Shown here: positions 28,198-37,196 of the stretch, piece by piece
How the letters are laid out: the number at the start of each line of letters is the position of its first letter
Position numbering within the stretch: position 1 is the stretch's first letter
Assembly: GCA_015056365.1 (NCBI GenBank)
Contig: SVGM01000016.1
Location: 3,826-67,825, forward strand
Direction: 5' to 3'
Source: Clostridiales bacterium
GTDB taxonomy: Bacteria; Bacillota; Clostridia; Christensenellales; Aristaeellaceae
Length of the DNA stretch: 64,000 bases
Notes under the pieces: model-generated
Told to the model about the DNA's origin: nothing
Databases searched by the model: none
What the model saw: only the letters and a program-made list of their open reading frames with translations
Position numbers and translations under genes: made by a program

Positions 28198-29966
28198 CCG
28201 GCGCTGTCCAACAGGCGCTGTACCAGTTTCTCTACATACTGACGCGCTTCCTGTGCGCCCATCAAAGCGTCGGACTGGCTCTGTGGCGTGTCGCCCATCA
28301 GTCCCACGAACTGGCTGACCTTCAGGCCCAATGCATCCTGCATTTCCTGATCGCTCCCCCCTGCGGATACCAAATAGTAGCACAGGATGGAGTCGGTCTG
28401 GCCCATACGGTGTGCCCGGTCTTCTGCCTGAGAATGTACGGCAGGCGACCAGTCCAGTTCACCGAACACCACGCAGCTGGCCCGCTGCAGGTTGAGGCCC
28501 GATGCCGCGCGAAGGGAAATGCAGCAAAGATTCGTTCGACCCGTCATGAAACGCTCTACTGCGCGTTCCTTCATGGCGGGTGTTTCTCTGCCGGTGATAA
28601 AGGCCGGAGAGAAGCTGTGCAGCTCCTTTTTGTAGAGATCCATCACCTGATGATGATGGGCAAACAGCAGCACTTTTTCGTCTGCTTCCAGAAGGGTCCG
28701 CACAAACTGGGCCACCGACGGCGCTTTGGCCACGCCTGTAGCCTGACGCTCACCCTGCTCCACTTCCATGGTCCACAGGGCACGCTGGGATGCGGTGGCA
28801 TCCTCCTGACGAAGTAGGGCAAGCTTCTGCGCAACCGGCTGCATCAGTTTGCGATAAACGCCTTCGTCGCTGTCGATCGCCATCACCAGGCGGCGCTTGG
28901 GCGGCAATTCCTTGAGCACTTCCTGCTTGGTGCGACGAAGCATCAACCCGTCAGAGCGCAGACGATCGCCCAGTAGTTCGGGCTTTGCTACGATCCGGTT
29001 GCCGTATCCATAGCACCATTCCCGGGTAAAGCTCTCATAGTCGCCCAGACAATGAAAGTCCAGAATATTCACCACATTCCAGATTTCTGCGCCCTGATTG
29101 TAAATCGGTGTTCCGCTGAGACCAACCACCCGGTTCGCGCTCTCTGCCAGCAGACTGGCGGCGGAATATTTCTCCGTTCCGCTATGGCGCAGTTCCTGCA
29201 TTTCATCAAAGATGACGGTAGGGATACCCGCCTCAGGCAGATACTCCTTCCAGCCGCGAAGCAGCAGATAATGCATCAGGTAGATATCCGCCTTGGGCAG
29301 CGAATAGGGCTTCAGTCCCTTAATGATATGAACGGTCAGCTTTTCACCGTCAGGCTTTTGCACAAATCGCTCGATTTCTTTTTGCCAGTTGCGCATCAAA
29401 TGGGGCGGCGCAATGACGATCGCCGGATACTCTCCGGTCTGGCTCAGCATAGCAAGTGCCTGAACCGTCTTGCCCAGACCCATTTCATCTGCCAGCAGGC
29501 AGCGATCGGTCCGAAGCAAAAAGCCAAGGCCTTCTTTCTGGAAGTCCGTCAGCTTGCCCAAAAATACGGTAGGATTGGGTTCAACCCTCTCCGGCAGACG
29601 CAGCGCCATCTCCCGCTTAACCACATAATCCCTGGCCTCCGCAACGGCATTTTGCCAGCGTTCCCAGTCTTGGGCGCGCACCAGCAGCGGATAACGGAGC
29701 ATCAGCCAGTTCAGTTCACCAACGATGCGCCGATGCGCTGTGAAACGTGCTTCTCCCCGCCTTCCGGTATCCGACCCTGGAAAGAGGCGCTTGCAAAGTT
29801 CCGTCACCGTGGGATCGCCCTTGACGGTCCAGCACTTTCGGCGTGCATTGTAGCTCAGGGTACCGTATGTGCGCCGGTGTTGATCGGCAGCAGTCTGTGC
29901 GCCGTCCGTGTCCACCAGATACGGCGGAATCAACGCATATTCGGTTTCATCACACATACAGCCCAC
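28194..29966 (-). CDS. SNF2-family helicase/ATPase
   Basis: Motif I (ADEMGLGKT), motif II (FDEMQ), motif III (GLSGTP), and C-terminal lobe blocks (RAASGLNLQ, DWSPAVHSQAEDRAHRMGQ). The start is GTG 29966 or ATG 29957. Confidence 0.9.
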   Translation of the reverse strand: MGCMCDETEYALIPPYLVDTDGAQTAADQHRRTYGTLSYNARRKCWTVKGDPTVTELCKRLFPGSDTGRRGEARFTAHRRIVGELNWLMLRYPLLVRAQDWERWQNAVAEARDYVVKREMALRLPERVEPNPTVFLGKLTDFQKEGLGFLLRTDRCLLADEMGLGKTVQALAMLSQTGEYPAIVIAPPHLMRNWQKEIERFVQKPDGEKLTVHIIKGLKPYSLPKADIYLMHYLLLRGWKEYLPEAGIPTVIFDEMQELRHSGTEKYSAASLLAESANRVVGLSGTPIYNQGAEIWNVVNILDFHCLGDYESFTREWCYGYGNRIVAKPELLGDRLRSDGLMLRRTKQEVLKELPPKRRLVMAIDSDEGVYRKLMQPVAQKLALLRQEDATASQRALWTMEVEQGERQATGVAKAPSVAQFVRTLLEADEKVLLFAHHHQVMDLYKKELHSFSPAFITGRETPAMKERAVERFMTGRTNLCCISLRAASGLNLQRASCVVFGELDWSPAVHSQAEDRAHRMGQTDSILCYYLVSAGGSDQEMQDALGLKVSQFVGLMGDTPQSQSDALMGAQEARQYVEKLVQRLLDSAG

Positions 29967-29978
29967 CCCTTTCCATCG

Positions 29979-30356
29979 TTATGGTAGCGCCACGCCCCAC
30001 AACTGACTCAATGTGATCAGTTGTACCGGCTTGCCGCAGACGCTTTTGGGAATCCGCACGCTTCGCTCCGTTACAACGATCAAACCGTCCACGGCTTCGC
30101 ATGCCGCGTAGCGCTGAAGCTGCGCAGTCAGCGTTGCCGCGGACGGCTTTCCCTTTTTGATTTCAACCCCGATGGCGCCCACCAGAAAATCGATCCGGCA
30201 GCCCTTGGCAAGGCGCGCTTCATGCTGACAAGGAAAGGCAGCGGCCTCCAGCCGCTGCCTGACGCAGGCATGAAGATCCGTTTCGTACATGGCGATGGGC
30301 GAACGCAGCTCCATCAGGGCTGCTGCCACCATTGCCAAAGTGATATCCTGAAGCAT
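29979..30356 (-). CDS. Small PD-(D/E)xK (VRR-NUC-like) nuclease-fold protein
   Basis: About 125 aa. The E...D...ExK pattern is present (YETDLH ... RIDFLV ... GVEIKKGK). The ATG lies 2 nt after the yhbY stop. Confidence 0.55.
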   Translation of the reverse strand: MLQDITLAMVAAALMELRSPIAMYETDLHACVRQRLEAAAFPCQHEARLAKGCRIDFLVGAIGVEIKKGKPSAATLTAQLQRYAACEAVDGLIVVTERSVRIPKSVCGKPVQLITLSQLWGVALP

Positions 30357-30358
30357 AC

Positions 30359-30646
30359 TCAATCCAAAGAAATCTGCTTATTCTTGCGGCTTTCCCGATA
30401 CATGACAAACCGGCGGCCAATGCACTGCACCGGCTCTGCGCCCAGGCGGCTGCACAGTTCCTCCAGCGCTTCACGGGCGCTAACGTCGCTGTTTTGCTGC
30501 ACGGAGCACTTGATTAGTTCGCGGGCTTCCAGCGCGTCGTAGGCTTCCTTCACGGTGCCGTCGGTCACGCCTTCCTTGCCGATGTAGAGAATGGGATCCA
30601 TGGTATTAGCCATGCTGCGAAGCTTGGCTCTCTGCTTGCTGGTCAT
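30359..30646 (-). CDS. yhbY: YhbY/CRM-domain RNA-binding protein
   Basis: 95 aa. Contains LRSMANTMDPILYIGKEGVT and occupies the usual position after obg. Confidence 0.85.
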   Translation of the reverse strand: MTSKQRAKLRSMANTMDPILYIGKEGVTDGTVKEAYDALEARELIKCSVQQNSDVSAREALEELCSRLGAEPVQCIGRRFVMYRESRKNKQISLD

Positions 30647-30657
30647 TGTATTTCTCC

Positions 30658-31926
30658 TTATTCCACAAAGTCGAATTCCATATCGCCGATGCAAATGGTG
30701 CTGCCTTCGCCTGCGCCCTTCTCACGAAGCGCGTCGATAATGCCTCGGTCGCGCAGCGTGCGATGGAACCAGTTCAGGCTTTCCTCGTCGTCGAAGTTCA
30801 CGCTGTCGATAAAGTGCTGCATGGCCGCGCCTTCCACAAAGAAGGTATCGTTTTCCCGACGGATGGTGTAGCTGTCGTCGGTAATGACCGGCACCTCCAC
30901 CTCTTCCTCGGCAAACACGCGGGGCGGCGGCAGTTCGGGCAGCAGGTTGATCACGCGGTCCAGCACCGCGTCGAAGCCCTTAGCCATGGCCGCACTGACA
31001 GGATAGGTCTCGTACCCCATGGCCTCAAAGGCATCTTCCAGACGGTCGATCTCCGCCGGATCGCTGATCAGGTCGCACTTGTTGAGCAACACCAGCTGGG
31101 GACGGCCTTCCGGCTCGCCGTACTTCTGCAATTCCAGATTGATGATGCGGAAATCATCCAGCGGATCGCGGCCTTCGCTGCCCGCAGCATCCACCACATG
31201 AAGCAGCAGACGGGTACGCTCAACATGGCGCAGGAAATCATGACCAAGACCAACGCCCTCGCTGGCGCCTTCCACCAAACCTGGGATATCCGCCAGCACG
31301 AAGTCGGTTTCGTAGCGCTTCACAATGCCCAGATTGGGGGTCAGGGTGGTGAAGTGATAGTTGGCGATCTTGGGCTTGGCTGCGGTCAGCGTCGCCAGAA
31401 TGGTGCTCTTGCCCACATTGGGGAAGCCGACCAGACCCACGTCCGCGATGGTTTTCAGCTCCAGGCGGAACACATGGGCTTCCGTCTTAATGCCCGGCTT
31501 GGCAAAGTTGGGTGCCTGACGGGTAGGCGTGGCAAAGTGCATATTGCCAAAGCCGCCGCGGCCGCCGTTGAGCAGCACTTTGCTCTGGCCGGGTTCGCTC
31601 ATATCAGCCACCACAGCGCCGTCGGATTCCCTGAGGAATACCGTGCCTACCGGCACCTTGATGGTCAGATCCTGACCCCGCTTGCCATGGCAGCGGTTGG
31701 CGCTGCCGTCGCCGCCGTTCTCCGCCAGATACTTGGTGTGAAAACGGAAGTCAAGCAGCGTATGCATATTCGGATCTGCATAAAGGACAATGTTGCCGCC
31801 GCGGCCGCCGTCGCCGCCATCCGGGCCGCCATTTTGGACGAATTTTTCACGATGAAAGGACACACAACCATTGCCGCCGTTGCCCGCTTTCACAGTAATC
31901 TGAACGCGATCTACAAATGATGCCAT
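30658..31926 (-). CDS. obg: GTPase Obg/CgtA
   Basis: Obg fold (FVDRVQITVKAGNGGNGCVSFHREKF), G1 motif (GFPNVGKST) and a C-terminal OCT domain. Confidence 0.97.
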   Translation of the reverse strand: MASFVDRVQITVKAGNGGNGCVSFHREKFVQNGGPDGGDGGRGGNIVLYADPNMHTLLDFRFHTKYLAENGGDGSANRCHGKRGQDLTIKVPVGTVFLRESDGAVVADMSEPGQSKVLLNGGRGGFGNMHFATPTRQAPNFAKPGIKTEAHVFRLELKTIADVGLVGFPNVGKSTILATLTAAKPKIANYHFTTLTPNLGIVKRYETDFVLADIPGLVEGASEGVGLGHDFLRHVERTRLLLHVVDAAGSEGRDPLDDFRIINLELQKYGEPEGRPQLVLLNKCDLISDPAEIDRLEDAFEAMGYETYPVSAAMAKGFDAVLDRVINLLPELPPPRVFAEEEVEVPVITDDSYTIRRENDTFFVEGAAMQHFIDSVNFDDEESLNWFHRTLRDRGIIDALREKGAGEGSTICIGDMEFDFVE

Positions 31927-31985
31927 ACTTCCTCCTGCACTCTTCACTCAATCATTCATGCGCTGCAGCGCGGTTTGTATTATAT

Positions 31986-32675
31986 CTAGGCTGTACCGGA
32001 CGCTGCTTTCTTGCGGCTTTTCGCGGGCGAGATAACCGGCTGGCCCGTCTTCTGCGCAGCGTCGTATGCCTTGCAAAGCGTACGCAGGCTGCAGCCCGCG
32101 CAGTCCGGGCGCTGAGCATGACAGACCCTACGCCCATGAAAAATCAGCCAATGATGCGCCGCCACCCAGTCTTTTTGGGGAATGGCGACCTTCAGCTGTT
32201 CTTCGGTCAGTTCCACATTTTTGGCGTTTGCCAGTCCCAGGCGGTTGCTCACCCGAAACACATGAGTATCCACCGCGATGGTGGGCACGCCAAATGCATT
32301 GGCCAGCACCACATTGGCCGTTTTCTGACCAACGCCGGGCAGAGCTGTCAGGAATTTCATGTCACCCGGTACCTGACCGCCATGGTTTTGCAGGATCAAC
32401 CTGCAGGCTTCCACAATATTGCTGGCCTTACTCTTAAAGCCGCAACTTTTCACCATGGGATATACATCATCCACCGATGCAGCCGCCATGGCCGCCACGT
32501 CCGGGTAGCGCTCAAACAGCGCCGGGGTGACTTTGTTGACCTGCTTGTCCGTACACTGGGCGGAAAGCATCACCGCTACCAGTGTCTCATATGGATTACG
32601 GAAGTTCAACTCCGGCCCGGCATCTGGGTAGCAGCGCTGCAGTTCCGCAAGGATTGCCTTTTTGCTTACTCGCAT
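31986..32675 (-). CDS. nth: Endonuclease III
   Basis: HhH motif (LPGVGQKTANVV), catalytic Lys/Asp context and an Fe-S loop (CHAQRPDCAGCSLRTLC). Lys-rich C-terminal tail. Confidence 0.92.
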   Translation of the reverse strand: MRVSKKAILAELQRCYPDAGPELNFRNPYETLVAVMLSAQCTDKQVNKVTPALFERYPDVAAMAAASVDDVYPMVKSCGFKSKASNIVEACRLILQNHGGQVPGDMKFLTALPGVGQKTANVVLANAFGVPTIAVDTHVFRVSNRLGLANAKNVELTEEQLKVAIPQKDWVAAHHWLIFHGRRVCHAQRPDCAGCSLRTLCKAYDAAQKTGQPVISPAKSRKKAASGTA

Positions 32676-32688
32676 ATCTTCTCCAGCC

Positions 32689-33240
32689 TTACTCAGCCTT
32701 GATTTCATCCTTGCCGTTCAGGGCCATATATGCCGGCAGCTTCAAGTGGCTCAGGCCAAGCAGCGTCAGGTACGTAAGCACCATGGTTACAGGCGCCTCC
32801 ACCAGATAGTTAGGGCCGCGGGCGATGACCCAACCCCAGTACGCCTTGGAGGTGTACAGGATACTCAACCAAAGGGAATTGAGCAGCCAGTTGATGAGCA
32901 TGGAAATGCCAACGGCAATGATGACTCTAATCACCGAGGGCTTGCAGCGGTGAAGGATCAGACCGCACACCAAACCCACCAGCACATTGGTCAGGGTAAA
33001 ACCAGGGAAATATGCTCCCTGCGGGAACAGATGCGCCCCGATAAAGTCGCCCAGACCGCCAACGATCATTGCTGCAGGAGCCCCCAGAAGGGCGCCGGCT
33101 GCCACAATGGGTAAGAACCCGAAGTTGTACTGTTTTCCCAGCAGGGGTACCTGCAGGATATTACCGAGAACAACCTGCAAAGCGATTAGCAACGCGGTGA
33201 ACGTAAGGGTTTCCACTCGGAAAGGGCTCTTTTTTTGCAT
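32689..33240 (-). CDS. folT: ECF-transporter S component, folate family
   Basis: A 183-aa polytopic membrane protein, trimmed to MQKKSPFRVETL. It is preceded directly by a THF riboswitch. Confidence 0.75.
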   Translation of the reverse strand: MQKKSPFRVETLTFTALLIALQVVLGNILQVPLLGKQYNFGFLPIVAAGALLGAPAAMIVGGLGDFIGAHLFPQGAYFPGFTLTNVLVGLVCGLILHRCKPSVIRVIIAVGISMLINWLLNSLWLSILYTSKAYWGWVIARGPNYLVEAPVTMVLTYLTLLGLSHLKLPAYMALNGKDEIKAE

Positions 33241-33247
33241 AACAAAA

Positions 33248-33395
33248 TGCCTCCTGTCATCTATTATTTTTCGACTCGCAGGAGGCAGCACCAAGACAGC
33301 GGGATGCGCCGCATACACCGCACCGGAAAACCGGTTTCGTTTCATGACAACTCCCCGTTCATGAACACTTAACGCGCGTGCAGCTACTCTGCCTG
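33248..33395 (-). promoter_or_regulatory. THF (tetrahydrofolate) riboswitch with an SD-sequestering, terminator-like expression platform
   Basis: The minus-strand RNA reads GGCAGAGUAGCUGCACGCGCGUUAAGUGUUCAUGAACGGGGAGUUGUCAUGAAACGAAACCGG...GCGCAUCCCGCUGUC. This matches the conserved THF-I blocks (AGAGUAG, GCGUUAAGUG, ACGAA, GCAUCC-GCU). After it, UGCCUCCUG pairs with CAGGAGGCA (which contains the SD), followed by UUUUGUU and the AUG. Confidence 0.8.
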
Positions 33396-33417
33396 ACACG
33401 AATCGCAGGACGTGGCT

Positions 33418-33446
33418 ATTATACCCTGTGAATGCGGAAATTGCAA
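33418..33446 (-). promoter_or_regulatory. Sigma-A-type promoter driving the THF riboswitch and folT (TTGCAA-17-TATAAT)
   Basis: On the minus strand, TTGCAA lies at 33441-33446 and TATAAT at 33418-33423, with a 17-nt spacer. Confidence 0.55.
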
Positions 33447-33500
33447 GGCTTTGACAAGCCTTGGCGTATCCGGATGCAGGGAAAGAACAGAGGAGCAGCC

Positions 33501-34010
33501 TTAGCGCAAAATCAGCTGCCAGTCACAGGCAGAGGCCAGATGGGCGGCGATGGCTTCGCATCCTGCCTGGTCTTTGGGATCAAAGCGCGCCAGAGACGGA
33601 CTGTCAATATCCAGAACGCCCACAAGCTGCCCATCTGCCACCATAGGCACCACCAGCTCGCTGCGGGAGGCGCTGTCGCAGGCAATATGGCCCGGGAAAA
33701 GATGCACGTCCTCCACCCGCTGCGTGCGCCGCTCCCTTGCGGCCGCGCCGCACACACCCCTGTCAAAGGGAATATGAATACAGGCCGGTTTTCCCTGAAA
33801 GGGTCCCAAAAGAAGTTCGCCACCGATATTCAGATAAAAACCCACCCAATTGATCTGATCCATCCCCTGCCACAAAAGCGCGGAAGCATTGGCCAGATTG
33901 GGCATAGGTTCCCGCTCCCCCTCCGTCAGCGCTTTGAGCTGAGCGAGCAGGAGGCGGTACAGTTCGTCTTTTTCCTTCGGATAAGCCGCATTCTCGGCAA
34001 TATGATTCAT
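33501..34010 (-). CDS. GAF-domain protein (free methionine-(R)-sulfoxide reductase family)
   Basis: 169 aa. The NWVGFYL...GPFQGKPACIHIPFDRGVCGAAA...HIACDSASRSELVVP pattern is typical of the YebR/fRMsr family. Confidence 0.8.
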   Translation of the reverse strand: MNHIAENAAYPKEKDELYRLLLAQLKALTEGEREPMPNLANASALLWQGMDQINWVGFYLNIGGELLLGPFQGKPACIHIPFDRGVCGAAARERRTQRVEDVHLFPGHIACDSASRSELVVPMVADGQLVGVLDIDSPSLARFDPKDQAGCEAIAAHLASACDWQLILR

Positions 34011-34144
34011 CGTTTTTCTCCTTTCCGTCAGGAACAGTCACCATCAGTATACCACATCTGCGAGGCGTTGACAGCTTAATGCTGTACAAACGACCGAAAA
34101 AAGTCTATAATAGATACGACAAATTTGAAGCAGGGAGTGTTCCT

Positions 34145-35527
34145 GTGAATCATCAAAATCCTAATCAGACCCGCACAGCGCCCAAGCGCTCCATACAACC
34201 GGAGCAGGTGCTCGCGCTGGGTTTCCTTGTGGCCATCATGCTCGGCGGACTGTTGTTGACACTGCCTGTAGCCTCGACCAGTGGCTCATCCGTAGGACTG
34301 TTGGGCGCCATGTTCACCGCCACCTCTGCCGTCTGCGTCACCGGCCTGAACATCGTGGACATCGGACTAAGTTACTCCGGCCTTGGGCAAGGTATTATCC
34401 TCGTGCTAATTCAGGTAGGCGGCCTGGGCTTTATGGTGTTTGCCACGCTGGCAATGACCATGCTGGGCAAGCGTATCTCTCTGCGAAGCCGGATGCTGAT
34501 CCGCGACAGCATGAATCAAAATACGCTGTCCGGACTTGTCCGTCTGACGTTGTGGACGGCGCTTCTGGTATTCGGAGTTGAATTGGCAGGCGCGTGCCTG
34601 CTGATGATCCGCTTTATCCCTCTGTACGGAGTAGGAAAAGGCATCTGGTTTGGCTTCTTCCACTCCATCAGCGCCTTTTGCAATGCAGGCTTTGATCTTC
34701 TGGGCAACTTCACCAGCGTAGTGCCGCTGCAAAATGATCCGCTGATCATCGGAACGTTGATCCTGCTGATTATCACGGGCAGCATGGGCTTTGTGGTGAT
34801 TATGGAGTGCGCAGGCCGTCCGTTTAACCATACCAAGCTATCCCTGCACACCAAACTGGTCCTTTTGTCCACCGCCGTGCTTCTTTTGGGCGGTGCGCTG
34901 ATCTTCGGTGTTCTGGAGTGGAACAATCCCGACACCATCGGCAGCATGACCGTAGGCAACAAGCTGCTCAACAGCCTGTTCCAGTCCACCACCTGCCGTA
35001 CCGCCGGTTTCTGCGCTGTGGATCAGGGGAAGCTGACCGATTCATCCAAACTGATCAGCTGCATCTTGATGTTCATCGGCGCTTCCCCTGCGTCCACCGG
35101 CGGCGGCGTCAAAACCACGACGTTTTCCATGGTTCTGCTACTGATGGCAACGGTGGCCAGCGGCAGAGAGGATTATGTTTTATTTAAGAAACGGGTAGCC
35201 CGTGACGTGGTATCCCGGGCGGTGACCATCATCTTCATCATGCTGGGTGCGCTGATTGCTTCCACCTGCATCATCTCTGTCCTGGAGCGTCGCAGCGGTA
35301 TGAACCTGATCGACATTCTTTTTGAGGTCACTTCCGCCGTTTCCACCACAGGCTTGTCGGCATTAGGCAGCGCATCCTTCAGCGTACCCAGTCAGCTGCT
35401 GCTGATGCTGCTGATGTATCTGGGACGCGTGGGTCCCCTGACACTTGCCTACGCCCTTTCCAAGCGCCTGAGCAACGCGGCGCAGAACCGTATTCATTAT
35501 CCCGAAGAAAACATCATGATTGGCTGA
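34145..35527 (+). CDS. trkH: TrkH/KtrB-family potassium transporter membrane subunit
   Basis: Repeated pore-loop TGL/GG motifs are present (CVTGLN, CNAGFD, RTAGF, STTGLS). I prefer the GTG at 34145, which follows an AGGGAG SD; the ORF opens at 34079. Confidence 0.88.
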   Translation: MNHQNPNQTRTAPKRSIQPEQVLALGFLVAIMLGGLLLTLPVASTSGSSVGLLGAMFTATSAVCVTGLNIVDIGLSYSGLGQGIILVLIQVGGLGFMVFATLAMTMLGKRISLRSRMLIRDSMNQNTLSGLVRLTLWTALLVFGVELAGACLLMIRFIPLYGVGKGIWFGFFHSISAFCNAGFDLLGNFTSVVPLQNDPLIIGTLILLIITGSMGFVVIMECAGRPFNHTKLSLHTKLVLLSTAVLLLGGALIFGVLEWNNPDTIGSMTVGNKLLNSLFQSTTCRTAGFCAVDQGKLTDSSKLISCILMFIGASPASTGGGVKTTTFSMVLLLMATVASGREDYVLFKKRVARDVVSRAVTIIFIMLGALIASTCIISVLERRSGMNLIDILFEVTSAVSTTGLSALGSASFSVPSQLLLMLLMYLGRVGPLTLAYALSKRLSNAAQNRIHYPEENIMIG

Positions 35528-35542
35528 TGGAGGGTGAAACTT

Positions 35543-36193
35543 ATGAAATCCAAGCAATATCTGGTTTTTGGTCTTGGCCGCTTTGGCTTCAGTCTGGCGA
35601 CTGCACTGTATGAAATGGGCCAGCAGGTGATGGCCGTGGATACAGACGAAGAACTGGTCAACGACATTGCTCCCTACGTAACGGAAGCGGTACAGCTGGA
35701 CGCCACCGATGAAACTGCGCTGGAGTCCCTTGGTGTGAGCAACTTTGACGGCGCCATCGTATCCATTGGTCAGAACGTACGGGACAGCGTGCTGGTATGT
35801 GTACTGCTCAAGGAGATGGGTATCCCTTACCTGGCCGCGAAAGCCAGCGACGAACTGCACGCCAAGGTACTTCGAAAGATCGGCGTGGATCGCGTGATCT
35901 TCCCTGAGCGGGACATGGGCGTGCGCGTGGCCAAGTCGCTGGTTACCCCCGGTGTGATGGACCTGATGCAGCTGGGCGATGATTTTCAGATCGTCGAGGT
36001 TCTGCTGCCCGCAAGATGGGAAGGGCATACTCTGGCCGGACTCAACGTCCGCCGCAAGTATGGCCTGAGTATTCTGGCCATCCATCGCCGCGGGAACTAT
36101 CTGGTTTCTCCCTCCGCCGACATGGCGCTGGAAGCAGGCGATACCCTGCTGGTGCTGGGCAAGAAGGAAGATATTGAGGAGCTGGACGCATAA
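35543..36193 (+). CDS. trkA: TrkA/KtrA potassium-uptake regulatory subunit (RCK domains)
   Basis: Rossmann motif (VFGLGRFG) and a C-terminal TrkA_C domain. Follows trkH. Confidence 0.9.
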   Translation: MKSKQYLVFGLGRFGFSLATALYEMGQQVMAVDTDEELVNDIAPYVTEAVQLDATDETALESLGVSNFDGAIVSIGQNVRDSVLVCVLLKEMGIPYLAAKASDELHAKVLRKIGVDRVIFPERDMGVRVAKSLVTPGVMDLMQLGDDFQIVEVLLPARWEGHTLAGLNVRRKYGLSILAIHRRGNYLVSPSADMALEAGDTLLVLGKKEDIEELDA

Positions 36194-36238
36194 CCGTCCG
36201 TTTGGCTCATACATTGCATTATAGGGCGTAGAGAGAGG

Positions 36239-37021
36239 ATGAACCACATGAAGCCTACCTCGCAGGGACACTTTGACCGGGAAGTATGCAAACCCTTCTT
36301 TCACAAAGGCAATGACAAGGGCATTCTTCTCATCCATGGCTTTACGGGCAGCGCATCTCATATGCGCCTGATCGCACAGCAGCTTGCTGAGCGCGGCTAC
36401 ACCGTGTCCACCATCAATCTACCCGGACACGCCACCACCGAGGAGGACATGGCCCGCAGCACCTGGCAGGATTGGCTGCAGGCTTCCAAACAGGCGACGC
36501 TTGACCTGATGCAGCAGTGCCGGCACGTGACCGTCTGCGGACTGAGTATGGGCGGCGTATTGGCGCTGCTGGTGGCTCAGCAGATGAAGGTAGCGGCCTG
36601 CGTGCCCATCTCCGCACCCATGGCGGTCAAAAACAGATTGTTGGGCTTTGCCGCGCTGGCCGCGCCCCTGTACAAACGGGTGGAATGGGCCTCCCCCGCC
36701 AAACGGCACGGCGGCACTGACCCGGAATACGATTATGGCTATACCGGTTTCCCCACCAAGAAAGGGGCCGATCTGAACAAGCTGATCCGGCTTGCCCGTA
36801 AGAATCTGTTCAATATCACCTGCCCAGTTTTGTGCGTACAGAGCGAGCAGGACGAAACCATCTGGGAGGGCAGTGCAGACTGCATTCTGGAAAATGTAAA
36901 CAGTCAGCAGCGCCAGAAACTCTGGCTCACGGGCGTCCCTCATGTATGTACCATTTCGCCGGAATGGCCGGCCATCACCGACGCCATCGACAGCCTGATG
37001 CAGTCCATCAGGAAAGAATAG
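36239..37021 (+). CDS. Alpha/beta-hydrolase (carboxylesterase/lysophospholipase-like)
   Basis: Contains HGFTGS and the nucleophile elbow GLSMGG. About 257-260 aa; the start is ATG 36239 or 36248. Confidence 0.8.
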   Translation: MNHMKPTSQGHFDREVCKPFFHKGNDKGILLIHGFTGSASHMRLIAQQLAERGYTVSTINLPGHATTEEDMARSTWQDWLQASKQATLDLMQQCRHVTVCGLSMGGVLALLVAQQMKVAACVPISAPMAVKNRLLGFAALAAPLYKRVEWASPAKRHGGTDPEYDYGYTGFPTKKGADLNKLIRLARKNLFNITCPVLCVQSEQDETIWEGSADCILENVNSQQRQKLWLTGVPHVCTISPEWPAITDAIDSLMQSIRKE

Positions 37022-37196
37022 GCCCAATCGACTCAAGCCCTGGCAGAGGGGATGATTTCCCCTATACCTTACGTTTTTTTCAACATTCTTTACGGGTCGT
37101 CGCCCCCTGCGGTGATCCGTTTTTTCGTCCCTGCATTTTCATAACCCGGCACACATTGGCGCACACTAACCGCACTAAGCGTGCGGAGGTATGCAC

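Noticed and set aside
28194-30362. Prophage remnant or mobile element explaining the VRR-NUC-like and SNF2 pair.
   Set aside because: There is no integrase, terminase, capsid or repressor gene, no flanking direct repeats or tRNA, and no visible compositional break. The genes are tightly packed into the obg operon.
34011-34144. Possible c-di-AMP (ydaO/kimA-type) riboswitch ahead of trkH-trkA.
   Set aside because: The non-coding space is too short for the ~140-nt pseudo-symmetric aptamer once a promoter is accommodated. I see no ACGGGGA/CCCGA-type conserved blocks.
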